A stretch of DNA of 64,000 nt from a bacterium (GTDB lineage: Bacteria; SAR324; NAC60-12). Position numbers and translations under genes: made by a program. The DNA lies in contig OZ242383.1 in the NCBI GenBank assembly GCA_965209155.1, positions 3,232,001 through 3,296,000 on the forward strand. The letters run 5' to 3'. Within the stretch, counting starts at the first letter, position 1, and each line of letters opens with the position of its first letter. Below, piece after piece: positions 42,221 through 51,628 of the stretch. Under the pieces are notes generated by a model. It had not been told where the DNA came from. It made no database searches and was given only the letters and a program-made list of their open reading frames with translations.

Positions 42221-43117
42221 TTATTCCAAGCCAAGCCGGTCGAGGTATCGAGCATTCGTACTCCATTTTTTCAGGACACGGACTTGAAGGGAAAGATAGA
42301 CTTTATTCCCCAGTAAATATTCCATATTTTGACGGGCGCTTTTTCCAATCTGCTTGAGCATACCGCCCTTCCTGCCAATGACAATTCCTTTTTGGGATTC
42401 TCGTTCCACATAGATTTTACAATGGACGCGAATCAATTCTGAAGTTTCTTCAAAAGACTCCACATGCACGGCAGCAGAATAGGGTAACTCTTTTTGCAAA
42501 ACACGAAACAACGCTTCGCGAACCAGTTCTCCCATTAAAAATCGTTCAGAAATATCCGTGATTTGATCTGCTTCAAAATAAAACGCATTTTCTGGAATAT
42601 AGGCAGGCAACATAGCTACCAGGTGCTCCACATTGGTGAGTTTCAAGGCTGAAATTGGAACAATCTCAGCAAATGGTCCGTGTTGGTTGAATATCGAAAT
42701 CGTCCTGAGAATCACCTCCCGGGAGACGGTGTCGGTTTTATTGATGAGCAGCAAAGTTTGACTCAATTTATTGTCCAGCAACTGCAGTATCCTGGCGTCT
42801 TCTCGATGGATGGTATTCACTGCCAAAGGAACCGGTTCCACCAGCAATAAGTTGAGATCAGATTCCTCTAAAGTACGGACGGCATATTTTACGATTCGTT
42901 GGTTTAACAGTTTTTCGGAAAGATGAATACCGGGCGTGTCAATGAAAATAATCTGACAAGCGTCGATAGTTTTTATCCCCAGTATGCGGTTGCGGGTGGT
43001 TTGAGGACGATGGGTGGTTATTGAAATTTTTTGTCCGACGATTCGGTTGAGCAGCGTCGATTTTCCTACATTGGGTCGACCAATCAATCCTACATGGCCA
43101 CAACGTTCTTCAGGCAA
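42221..43117 (-). CDS. era: GTPase Era
   Basis: GRPNVGKSTL, QTTRNRI, DTPG, NKTD, KH domain GIVIGRKG; TTG start after GGAG. Confidence 0.95.
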   Translation of the reverse strand: MPEERCGHVGLIGRPNVGKSTLLNRIVGQKISITTHRPQTTRNRILGIKTIDACQIIFIDTPGIHLSEKLLNQRIVKYAVRTLEESDLNLLLVEPVPLAVNTIHREDARILQLLDNKLSQTLLLINKTDTVSREVILRTISIFNQHGPFAEIVPISALKLTNVEHLVAMLPAYIPENAFYFEADQITDISERFLMGELVREALFRVLQKELPYSAAVHVESFEETSELIRVHCKIYVERESQKGIVIGRKGGMLKQIGKSARQNMEYLLGNKVYLSLQVRVLKKWSTNARYLDRLGLE

Positions 43118-43140
43118 TTTATGCTCCAGTAAATAACAGA

Positions 43141-43708
43141 AAGTCATCACCACCGGCAGAGCCGGTGGCTTGAAGAGGCCCCCAGTATGAGGGCAAAACG
43201 TGTTCGTCATCGTATGACGTGCTCGTGCTCGTGAACGAAAAAGGCTGCCATGTTAGATCATGAAAAACTCGATGTATACCAATGTTCCATCGAATTTTTA
43301 GCGTTATCTGTCCAAGTCATCGAAACATTACCAAAAGGATACTCAGCCTTAGTTGACCAACTGAAAAGGGCCTCATGGTCGATTCCTCTCAATATCGCAG
43401 AAGGCTGTGGAAAAAATTCCTTTCCTGACAAGCAACGATTCTATGCATTTGACCGAGGTTCCGCAATGGAATGCGCTGCTATTCTCGATGTTTTAAACGT
43501 GTTGAAGATCATCCAGCCTCCTTTATTTGACAAAGGGAAACAGTTACTTCAACGCATTGTTTCAATGTTAACCAAAATGTGCCGTCGAATTCACTGACCT
43601 TTCACGAGCACAAGCACGGCTAACGGACACGGATACGTTTCTCATGTCTGACCGGCAAAGCCTATTAGGTTCGCACCAGCAGAGCTGGTGGTTTAATGAG
43701 ATTCATTA
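43141..43708 (-). mobile_element. Repeated IS200-ended element, copy 4
   Basis: Reverse orientation, 568 bp, right end 24 bp upstream of the era start. Confidence 0.9.
43250..43597 (+). CDS. Four-helix-bundle protein
   Basis: Near-identical to the other copies. Confidence 0.9.
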   Translation: MLDHEKLDVYQCSIEFLALSVQVIETLPKGYSALVDQLKRASWSIPLNIAEGCGKNSFPDKQRFYAFDRGSAMECAAILDVLNVLKIIQPPLFDKGKQLLQRIVSMLTKMCRRIH

Positions 43709-43720
43709 AATTGAGTCTAA

Positions 43721-43948
43721 TGACCTGAGTTCGAGATAAGAAATTAATAAATTCAATATGTTATGGAATCTTCATTCTTAGAGAAACCGTGTCATTCCTG
43801 GCTTGACCAGGAACCCAGAGGTATGCGGCCAAACTGAAATCCGAATCCCCACTCCCTGCTCCCTGCTTTCTTGGGGACAAGTTTAGCGAGGAAGACCCAG
43901 ACACCAGGATACTCCTACTTATTGAAGATTTATGTCGAACTCGGGTTA
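43721..43948. mobile_element. Miniature element with imperfect terminal inverted repeats and internal REP-like hairpin
   Basis: TGACCTGAGTTCGAGATAA ... TTATGTCGAACTCGGGTTA; internal GTCATTCCTGGCTTGACCAGGAACCCAG. Confidence 0.65.
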
Positions 43949-44752
43949 ATGCGCCTCCAACAATTGTTGCACCAGAGATTGGATATTGACGGCATGATTT
44001 GAAAAAATCCAATCAACTCCTCGATTCAGTTCCCGGAACAAACTTTGTCTCGATGCCACAAAACCGGTTCCTGTTTTTTGATGAGCCATTTTGTGTTTTT
44101 CAATCATTTCGTTGGAAATGAAAAAGTAATGTCCCGTGAGCCCTCCCCACTGTTCCCGGAGCGCCAATTCACTGAGTTCCCGGAAATTTAGTTCGGCAAC
44201 AGGCAGCAAGGCCGATTTTGGGACAAAATCAGCAAATTGAAACATGGCTGGTTTCAGTGAAATGATGTGAAAATCCTTTTCGGGCAACAATGAGGAGAAA
44301 AGATTTTTCAGGAGTTGACTTTGGTATTGGGGATCAAGGTAAGGTTCCTCTTTCAACTCCACCATCAAATGCATTTTTTGACCATATTTTTCGAGTGTGT
44401 CTTCCAAGGTGGGAATCAAAGGAACCTGCGCATTCAGTTCATTCAGTGAAACCTGACTGACAACAATGTTCTTTCGGAAAACTCTACGACAGTCAGGATC
44501 ATGAATAACAACGGGTTGCAAATCTTTTGTCCATCGTATATCCAACTCCAATCCCCATACTCCCTTGGAACAGACGGTATCGAAAGCAGGGAACGTATTT
44601 TCCCAAACGGTTCGATTGTCATGCTCTCCCCGATGTGAAACGATTTTACTTTTTTTTAAAATTTCTCTACTTGGAATAGCCTGGGGTAATGCTGCATAAA
44701 CGCAGTCCAGAGCTATTTGAAAAGAATTTGTCATCCACGATTGAATTACCAT
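43946..44752 (-). CDS. Glycerophosphodiester phosphodiesterase family protein
   Basis: SHRG, ENT, ELDIRWTKD..VVIHD, VELK. Confidence 0.88.
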   Translation of the reverse strand: MVIQSWMTNSFQIALDCVYAALPQAIPSREILKKSKIVSHRGEHDNRTVWENTFPAFDTVCSKGVWGLELDIRWTKDLQPVVIHDPDCRRVFRKNIVVSQVSLNELNAQVPLIPTLEDTLEKYGQKMHLMVELKEEPYLDPQYQSQLLKNLFSSLLPEKDFHIISLKPAMFQFADFVPKSALLPVAELNFRELSELALREQWGGLTGHYFFISNEMIEKHKMAHQKTGTGFVASRQSLFRELNRGVDWIFSNHAVNIQSLVQQLLEAH

Positions 44753-44815
44753 GTTTTCAATCTACCATCTTTTCTTGCAAACCTCTTCTTTTTGTATTGA
44801 TGAGAAACCACAGCA

Positions 44816-46027
44816 TCAAGGTAGAGAAATTTTTCCCAAGGTCGTCATGGATTGACTGCCCGTGATTCCCGGAAAAGTCACCGCTCTTCCAGAGAGTAAC
44901 TCGTGGGCCAGTATTGCAAAACTGATTGCTTCCCGAGCATCGGGATTCATTCCCAATTCGGAAAACAGACGAATGCGTATGTGGGGCAGAAGAGTTTGGA
45001 TTTGCCGCATCAAAGTCTGGTTGTAAATTCCTCCCCCACTGAAGTATATTTCGCTCAGTTGATCGCGTGGCAGGAAATTTCGATAAGCATGCTGAATAGA
45101 ATACGCCGTCAGGGCAGTTAAAGTGGCTACCATGTCCTCTGCTGGCAATTTCAAGCGTTCCGCTTTTCCCAATACTTCTTCAAAATAGAGCGGACCAAAA
45201 AGCTCTCTGCCCGTGGATTTGGGGGGAACTGCAGCAAAATAAGGATGAGTTAACAACTCCTCCAGTAATTTTATTGAGATATTTCCTTTTGAGGCAATTC
45301 GGCCTTGCGGATCATAGTGCATTGCAGGATCGATGAGGTATTCTACTGCCAGATTGATCAACACATTGGCGGGGCCCGTGTCAAATGCTATGACATCTCG
45401 AGGATCAGAGGATTCTGGAAGGTAAGTCAGGTTACTTATGCCACCTAAATTGTGCAGAGCTCGGTTTTTTCCCTCCTCAGAGAACAAAAGAAAATCAACA
45501 TAGGGAAGCAATGGAGCTCCAGCTCCTCCCGTTGCCAGATCCTTCATACGAAAATCCGAGATTGTCAGAATTCCTGTTCGTGCGGCAATTTGGTCCCCAT
45601 CGCCTATTTGCAGGGTCGCCTGCATGGGTTGGCCTTGCCAATTGCGTCCTTTCGGCAAATGAAACAACGTATGACCATGGCTGGCGATACAATCGATACC
45701 AACCGGTTCTTCTCTCCACTGGCGCAATGTCTCCAACACGGTATCTGACAGAAATTGACCCAATTCTACATGGAGGGCGCAAATTTGATCAACACTGGAC
45801 AAAGAGGGTTGAGTCTGCTTTTCTATCTTCTTTTTTAAGACTTTCGGATAAGGAAGATTGAGGAAGCGTTCCAAGTGGGGACTGGGTTTTTGATTCACAT
45901 TGGAGATCGTAGTCAGCGCCAGGTCCACTCCATCCAAAGAAGTACCTGAAGTCAAACCCAATATTCGCCTCTGGGAATTACGTGAGATCAGGCTTAACCG
46001 ATCCATGCCATTGGAAGGGGATAGCAT
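44816..46027 (-). CDS. anmK: Anhydro-N-acetylmuramic acid kinase
   Basis: SGTSLDGVD, SHGHT, GGAGAPL, NLGGISN, FDTGPAN, PKSTGRE. Confidence 0.94.
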   Translation of the reverse strand: MLSPSNGMDRLSLISRNSQRRILGLTSGTSLDGVDLALTTISNVNQKPSPHLERFLNLPYPKVLKKKIEKQTQPSLSSVDQICALHVELGQFLSDTVLETLRQWREEPVGIDCIASHGHTLFHLPKGRNWQGQPMQATLQIGDGDQIAARTGILTISDFRMKDLATGGAGAPLLPYVDFLLFSEEGKNRALHNLGGISNLTYLPESSDPRDVIAFDTGPANVLINLAVEYLIDPAMHYDPQGRIASKGNISIKLLEELLTHPYFAAVPPKSTGRELFGPLYFEEVLGKAERLKLPAEDMVATLTALTAYSIQHAYRNFLPRDQLSEIYFSGGGIYNQTLMRQIQTLLPHIRIRLFSELGMNPDAREAISFAILAHELLSGRAVTFPGITGSQSMTTLGKISLP

Positions 46028-46035
46028 GTAAAAGC

Positions 46036-46809
46036 TTAAAAATCATCTTTAAGTTGCCTGACGACCCGTAATACTGAGACCGGCGCTAAGTCATTTTGAG
46101 GATCGTAGCGTTTCACGGAAGCTTGAATTTCAGGACTGTCACATCGCATGAATGGATTGGTCTGCCATTCCGACTTTAATGTAGACGGAGTCGTGAATTT
46201 TCCTTCTTGTCTCAATTCTCGGATCTCTTCTGATTTCTTCTGAATCCAGACATTGTCAGGTTCCAGGGATTGGGCAAATTTCAGGTTGCTTTCCGTGTAT
46301 TCATGACCAAAATAAACTTTTGTAGATGGAGGGTGGGCGCCAATTTTTTCATTGAGGGAGCTATACATGTCTTGGGGCGTTCCTTCAAACAATCGCCCGC
46401 AACCTGCGGCAAACATGGTGTCTCCCGAAAAAACCGCATCTTCGAAATAAAAGGAAATCGCTCCAGTGGTATGTCCGGGATTATGCGTGAGATGGGCTTC
46501 CAATTTTCCAATGCGTACTTTATCTGTTTCTTCCAGCATCTCATTCTGCCCCGGAATGCGTCCACGATCCGAATGGTGCCCATACACTTTCAATTCAGGG
46601 ATTTTCCGCAGCAATTCTTCATTGCCACCCACATGATCCCAGTGGTGATGTGTGTTTAAAATGGCTGTCAATTGCACCCCCTGACGTTCAATCTCCTGCC
46701 ACACGGGTTTGAATTCAGAAGGGTCTACAATTCCTGCCTGGTTGGTAGTTTCGCAAATAACCAGATAAGCATAATTATCTTGCAGACATGGAATAGGAAT
46801 CACCCGCAT
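46036..46809 (-). CDS. gloB: Hydroxyacylglutathione hydrolase (glyoxalase II)
   Basis: DNYAY, THHHWDHVGG, PGHT, GCGRLFEG, GHEYT, NPFMR. Confidence 0.93.
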   Translation of the reverse strand: MRVIPIPCLQDNYAYLVICETTNQAGIVDPSEFKPVWQEIERQGVQLTAILNTHHHWDHVGGNEELLRKIPELKVYGHHSDRGRIPGQNEMLEETDKVRIGKLEAHLTHNPGHTTGAISFYFEDAVFSGDTMFAAGCGRLFEGTPQDMYSSLNEKIGAHPPSTKVYFGHEYTESNLKFAQSLEPDNVWIQKKSEEIRELRQEGKFTTPSTLKSEWQTNPFMRCDSPEIQASVKRYDPQNDLAPVSVLRVVRQLKDDF

Positions 46810-47331
46810 AAATACCTCATTTTACCAAAGGAAATAATGGAATCCGCTTTTAGATACGACATGATAACGTTTTTCAGAAATATTACAAGAATAAGGGAGT
46901 AAATTGTGGTTAGATGATTCAGGCTGAGTCGAGCAACTCAACTTCTGACATTTTCACCTCCTGCGTTCGCCGGCACCCGAAGAAGGTGAACGCGTCCGTG
47001 AGGACATAACAAAAATAATCGTACTCCTTCAATTCAATGAGGGTGGCCATCCTTGGAGTTCCTCTGCGGGAGGAGGTTTCATGGCCGAGACAGCTCCTGA
47101 CAGCCGACTCGCTATTTTGTCGCTAGGTGCCTGGTAAAATCAGTTAAACTTTTTTGGATTGGGGTGTTCATTTTTTTCTTGACTTTCCTGCTAATGAATG
47201 AATCATTCCTTTTCACCTTCAACGGGTGAATAAGTAGATATTTACATTGCAAATGATGGCAAAATTTGTTATATATTTACAAAAAGTGATATGAATAAAT
47301 GTAAAAATATGACAAAGAATGGTACGAAAAA

Positions 47332-48654
47332 ATGAAAAGACATCTCATTTCAGAATTGGAAAAATGGAAAAACAGGAGTGATCGAAAACCACTTATTTTA
47401 AAAGGAGCAAGGCAGGTAGGCAAGACATATCTTTTGGAATCTTTTGGCAAGGAATGTTTTCCCCGGTTTCACATCATTAATTTAGAAAAGGATGAAAAGC
47501 TTGCGCAGATATTCGAAACAGATTTGAACCCGAAAAGAATCATTCAGGCACTGAATTTCATTTTGGATGAGGAAATCAATGTCGAGAGCGATCTTTTAAT
47601 ATTTGACGAAATTCAACAATGTCCAAAGGCATTAACCAGCCTTAAATATTTTCAGGAGGATTTGTCTGAGTTGGCTCTTTGCGCAGCTGGATCGCTTCTT
47701 GGGCTTCAACTGAGCGAAGACTCTTTCCCGGTAGGTAAGGTAGAATTTCTGAATCTTTTTCCTATGTCGTTTAAAGAGTTTTTGGAGGGAGTCGGAGATG
47801 GTAAATCGGTTTCGTTTTATAACGAATACAAAGTCAATGATATCGTTCCTGATGTTGTCCATTCGCATCTTTGGGGGCAATTAAAGAACTACTTCATTGT
47901 CGGAGGACTTCCGGAAGTTGTCAGCACATTCGCTGACAGAAAAGATAATGTATTCGATGCGTTCAAGCGGGTCAGGAAAAAACAGGAAGATTTGATTACG
48001 ACCTATCATGCAGATATGGCGAAGCATTCTGGAAAACAAAATGCGATGCATTTGGAGCGTCTCTGGAAAAATGTACCGGCCCAATTAGCCAAGCTGCAGT
48101 CTGGTTCCGCGTCAAAATTCAGATTCAAACAAGTCATTCCAGGCATTAACCGGCATTCACGACTGGTAAATGTCATTGATTGGCTGAAAACGGCCGGGCT
48201 GATAATTCAAGTACCCATTGTCAACAGTGGCGAGTTGCCATTTTCCGCACATACCGTAGAAAACCTGTTCAAACTGTATCTTTTTGATGTTGGTATTCTT
48301 GGAGCACTCAGTCAGTTACCGCCGAAATCGATCCTGGATTATGACTATGGTTCTTACAAGGGATATTATGCCGAGAATTATATAGCACAGGAATTCGTCT
48401 GTTCAGGGGTAAAAAATATGTATAGCTGGAAAGAAAGAACTGCCGAGGTTGAGTTTTTGAGGGAAGTGGATGGGGCTGTATTACCGATAGAAATCAAATC
48501 CGGCTGGGTAACTCAAGCAAAAAGTCTTAAAGTGTACACCGACAAATACAAGCCTCTCTATCGCACCGTTATGAGCGCCAATAAGCCATTTTTTGACAAT
48601 CAAAACAATATACATCGATATCCCTTGTATTTTGCATCCAGATTTCCTTTTTAA
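47332..48654 (+). CDS. AAA ATPase with DUF4143 / PD-(D/E)XK-like C-terminus
   Basis: GARQVGKT, FDEIQ, VGGLPE, KLYLFDVG, AEVEF..PIEIKSG. Confidence 0.88.
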   Translation: MKRHLISELEKWKNRSDRKPLILKGARQVGKTYLLESFGKECFPRFHIINLEKDEKLAQIFETDLNPKRIIQALNFILDEEINVESDLLIFDEIQQCPKALTSLKYFQEDLSELALCAAGSLLGLQLSEDSFPVGKVEFLNLFPMSFKEFLEGVGDGKSVSFYNEYKVNDIVPDVVHSHLWGQLKNYFIVGGLPEVVSTFADRKDNVFDAFKRVRKKQEDLITTYHADMAKHSGKQNAMHLERLWKNVPAQLAKLQSGSASKFRFKQVIPGINRHSRLVNVIDWLKTAGLIIQVPIVNSGELPFSAHTVENLFKLYLFDVGILGALSQLPPKSILDYDYGSYKGYYAENYIAQEFVCSGVKNMYSWKERTAEVEFLREVDGAVLPIEIKSGWVTQAKSLKVYTDKYKPLYRTVMSANKPFFDNQNNIHRYPLYFASRFPF

Positions 48655-48845
48655 TTGTGTGAAGCATAATAATTCCTCTTTCTGGATGCTTAACAAGCAT
48701 ATCTGATTGGGTTAAAAAAAACTCTACTTATTTTTTACCGAAAAACATAGCAAAGAACCCTTCCACCTTGCGTTTCCCTCTTGCTTTTCCTATATTGAGG
48801 CTGTTCTTGTGCGTTCTTGGCTGAAAATCAAAACCGAGTCCAACG

Positions 48846-49091
48846 ATGAACCGGAAACCACTGCGGGAACTGCTGGAGGGGTCCGTTCAAGGGAAGGAAG
48901 ACGCTTTTGAGGAGTTGTACCAACACTACGGGGCATATATCGTCCACACTGCCCAATCGCTGATTAGCAAGTATCGGAGCCTCCACCAGGCCGATGAGGT
49001 GGTTCAGGAAATCTGGAAGGATTTGTGGGAGAGCAAGCTGGAGAAATTCCAAGGCGAGGCCGATAAAGCCTTCCTCGGTTGGCTGTACAGA
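48846..49091 (+). pseudogene. 5' half of duplicated ECF sigma factor gene
   Basis: Near-identical to 53503-53748 including upstream region, then homology stops. Confidence 0.88.
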
Positions 49092-49092
49092 C

Positions 49093-49336
49093 TATTGAAA
49101 TCGGCAGTCATAACATCACGATAAACTGTGTTGGGCCGGGTTGGATTAAGACATCATCCAGCAGTGAAAGTGAGATTACTGCTGGAAAATATACACCGGT
49201 TGGTCGCCCAGGCACACCAAATGAGGTTGGTCATGTAGCCGTCTTCCTTGCTGGCGAAGAGGCAAGTTATGTGAACGGTCAGCTGATCGTTGTTGATGGT
49301 GGAAATACGGTACAAGAATATAAAGTTGCATTGTAG
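49093..49336 (+). pseudogene. C-terminal fragment of an SDR oxidoreductase
   Basis: ITINCVGPGWIKT, PVGRPGTPNEV, YVNGQLIVVDGG; no N-terminal half. Confidence 0.8.
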
Positions 49337-49396
49337 TTAATGTTATAAAGGGGGCACGACCCCTTTCGGATGCTCTTGCATACAGTCGAGGTCTGG

Positions 49397-49612
49397 TTAG
49401 GCATGAGCCTTTTTATCCTCTTGATGCTTTGCAATAAGTTCTCGAACCATTGGCACTAATTCATGAGGAATTTCCATGATGGTTTGATCTTGATCTTCAA
49501 AGGCAGCTTCATCTTCTGCCACTGCTTCCTCTTCTGTTTGCTCGTTATAATGGGCAATGACTCCTTGGACACGCTTTTCGTCCCAACCTGATGGAAATTT
49601 GTTCGGTTTCAT
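49397..49612 (-). CDS. Small acidic putative antitoxin
   Basis: 71 aa, EQTEEEAVAEDE; ATGA overlap with an upstream toxin-like fragment. Confidence 0.6.
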   Translation of the reverse strand: MKPNKFPSGWDEKRVQGVIAHYNEQTEEEAVAEDEAAFEDQDQTIMEIPHELVPMVRELIAKHQEDKKAHA

Positions 49613-49698
49613 CGTTTTCCTCCTTTTCGTCTACGACGTCGTCGATAGGCGAGCAAGGGTTTCCCCCTCAACTCGTAAGCTGTGATGACAAAAACATT
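49609..49698 (-). pseudogene. C-terminal remnant of a BrnT-like toxin
   Basis: Manual translation NVFVITAYELRGKPLLAYRRRRRRKGGKR*; 5' part absent. Confidence 0.55.
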
Positions 49699-49725
49699 AT
49701 TGTGTATATGAGAATCCTATTAAGA

Positions 49726-49959
49726 TTAAATCGAAGCTGAAAGCTCTCGGGCATGTAATATTTCTTGAGCATGGATAGGTCTAATATTTTCTTTTGTTAG
49801 CGTTAAGACAGCTATTGTCGTTCCCCCTGCTGTGACAAATTCAACTTCAAAACCTTTTTGTTCATCATAGCAATGGACAACTGCTCCAACATCTCCTTTT
49901 GTCAAACCATGTTCTGGAATATCCATTGAGAGTACAACGATATCATGTTCAATAATCAT
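49726..49959 (-). CDS. DUF4926-like protein
   Basis: EHDIVVL..DIPEHGL..GDVGAVVH, FEVEFV..G.T.AVLT. Confidence 0.8.
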   Translation of the reverse strand: MIIEHDIVVLSMDIPEHGLTKGDVGAVVHCYDEQKGFEVEFVTAGGTTIAVLTLTKENIRPIHAQEILHARELSASI

Positions 49960-49971
49960 TTTATATCTCCA

Positions 49972-50304
49972 TTAATCCGGATAGGCTGTTACAAATCTAG
50001 GCCTACTATCAACCGGCTCTATAATCCAAATGCTTTTAACCTCTACTTCTCCCCTAAAAGGAGTGTTTATACTTCCTCTTTCAATGTACTTTTCTCCAAA
50101 AGGAGATGAAGACTTGTCTTGGTAATCTTGAGACCTAACTAAATATAAGAGTTCTTCTTCAAAAAGAGACGTGTTTGTTTCATTAAAGCCACACAATCTG
50201 AAAAACTTTGCTTTTGACTTTCCTACAGAATGACTTTCAGAAAGCAAATAATCTTCAATTTTTGAAATTGGGATAAATGCTGTTTCACAATTTGGAACAT
50301 TCAT
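49972..50304 (-). CDS. DUF6883-like protein (paired with DUF4926)
   Basis: KIEDYLLSESH.VGKSKA.FF, SIWII, PRFVTAYP. Confidence 0.75.
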   Translation of the reverse strand: MNVPNCETAFIPISKIEDYLLSESHSVGKSKAKFFRLCGFNETNTSLFEEELLYLVRSQDYQDKSSSPFGEKYIERGSINTPFRGEVEVKSIWIIEPVDSRPRFVTAYPD

Positions 50305-50540
50305 TATTACTTCTCACTATTCTAAATATCATCGAATTGAGAAGTGTATAAAATGAATTATAACATTTTACAAGGATTTCGTCACTGAATATAAACTGGG
50401 GTGTTTCAGGAGAGACAGAACGCTGAGGTGAGCAGTGCCCACCATCAACGTTGCAATTGTGATTGATTTTGCTCGTACTCCACTCGAAGGCTTTTATTCA
50501 TCCATTGCCAAGGAGAAAGAATTGAAGGAACGTATGAATC

Positions 50541-51097
50541 GGGGTCAGTCCTGCGACTTTGGGAGTTTAAGTTCAAATTTCCCGTTTGATCTTTTCGACA
50601 CGGTTTTGAAGATCCGGAGACTTTCTCATTGACGATTCCCGCTCGAATCGGATTGAGGTGGATGTAACGGATAAAGACCAGCAAATAGCGCTCTTGGTCC
50701 ACTAACAGAGCTTTGTAACGCCCCTGGAATAAGTGTCCGAATCGTTTTTGCCATTTGTTGATCCAACGGGTATAACGAAATGTTACATTTTGCATAATCG
50801 GCGAAAGGGGCTGACTGCCGGTTTGAATGGCCAGATGAGCATGATTGTTCATTAAACAGAAGCCATGAATACGATGATCAAAACGGGCATGACCCTCTGC
50901 AAGCAACTTGAAAAAATGATGATAATCCGTATGCTCGAAAAATATGGCTTGTCCGCCATTACTACGGAGCAGGACATGATAAAGGGCGCCGGGGAAGTAA
51001 AGACGAGGTTTGCGGGACATTGACAAAATCGGCTGAAAGGAGAAACTTAAGATCAAAAATCATAACTCCTATTTCCCAAACTCACAAGCCTGACCCC
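50541..51097 (-). mobile_element. RAYT (Y1 tyrosine transposase) remnant bounded by 24-bp imperfect inverted repeats
   Basis: ORF from ATG 51020: MSRKPR..YHV, CLMNNHAHL (HUH), GHLFQGRY, RYIHLNP, then truncated; GGGGTCAG..TTTGGGA at 50541 and its inverse at 51074-51097. Confidence 0.82.
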
Positions 51098-51271
51098 GAT
51101 GCTATACGGGACCTCAAAAATCGATGAATTTTGTATTTGTAGACACCGCTACATTATCAGTTGATTTCAATCCAACCGCGCCCAATATTCCTTCAGGATT
51201 GGCTAAGTAAAAAAAGGAGGAAACAATACTCGGTCTTTTCGACAAATAAAAACCAAAAATATAACAACAAG

Positions 51272-51396
51272 TTAGCCATGTCTCAAGGAGAAGAGGATGA
51301 AGCACGATCCTTTTACAGGGGAATTTTGGGAATACCTGAAAAAACCAAACCACGGCATTTGGCTAAAAGAGGAGGAGTCTGGTTTGAAGACGGATT
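51272..51396 (+). pseudogene. Glyoxalase/VOC family fragment
   Basis: LAMSQGEEDEARSFYRGILG..KP.HLAKRGGVWF. Confidence 0.65.
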
Positions 51397-51421
51397 TTGG
51401 GCAAAATAAAGGAGACAAATT

Positions 51422-51628
51422 ATGATCAGAAACTACACCCTTGAGTACTGGAACGATGATGGTTGGTTTGTAGGAAAAATCAAAGAAATTCCAGGGATAT
51501 TCAGTCAAGGAGCGACGTTGGAAGAGTTAGAGGACAATATCAAAGAGGCATACAAATTGATCTTAGCCGAGCCGCAAGCAACTCATCCAGGTATCAAAAC
51601 AAAGGAAATTTCAGTGGAAGTTACATGA
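51422..51628 (+). CDS. hicB: HicB-family antitoxin
   Basis: DGWFVGKIKEIPG..SQGATLEELEDNIKEA; AAGGAG RBS. Confidence 0.85.
   Translation: MIRNYTLEYWNDDGWFVGKIKEIPGIFSQGATLEELEDNIKEAYKLILAEPQATHPGIKTKEISVEVT

Noticed and set aside
43118..43210. N-terminal extension of Era in the ORF track
   Set aside because: Derives from the element's right end; a TTG with GGAG RBS at 43117 fits better
48686..48715. GCTTAAC..GTTAAAA as an attC site after the AAA ATPase
   Set aside because: Too short and lacking internal L boxes
51124..51210. MNFVFVDTA start resembling a PIN/VapC toxin
   Set aside because: Only about 9 matching residues in a 28-codon ORF; insufficient support
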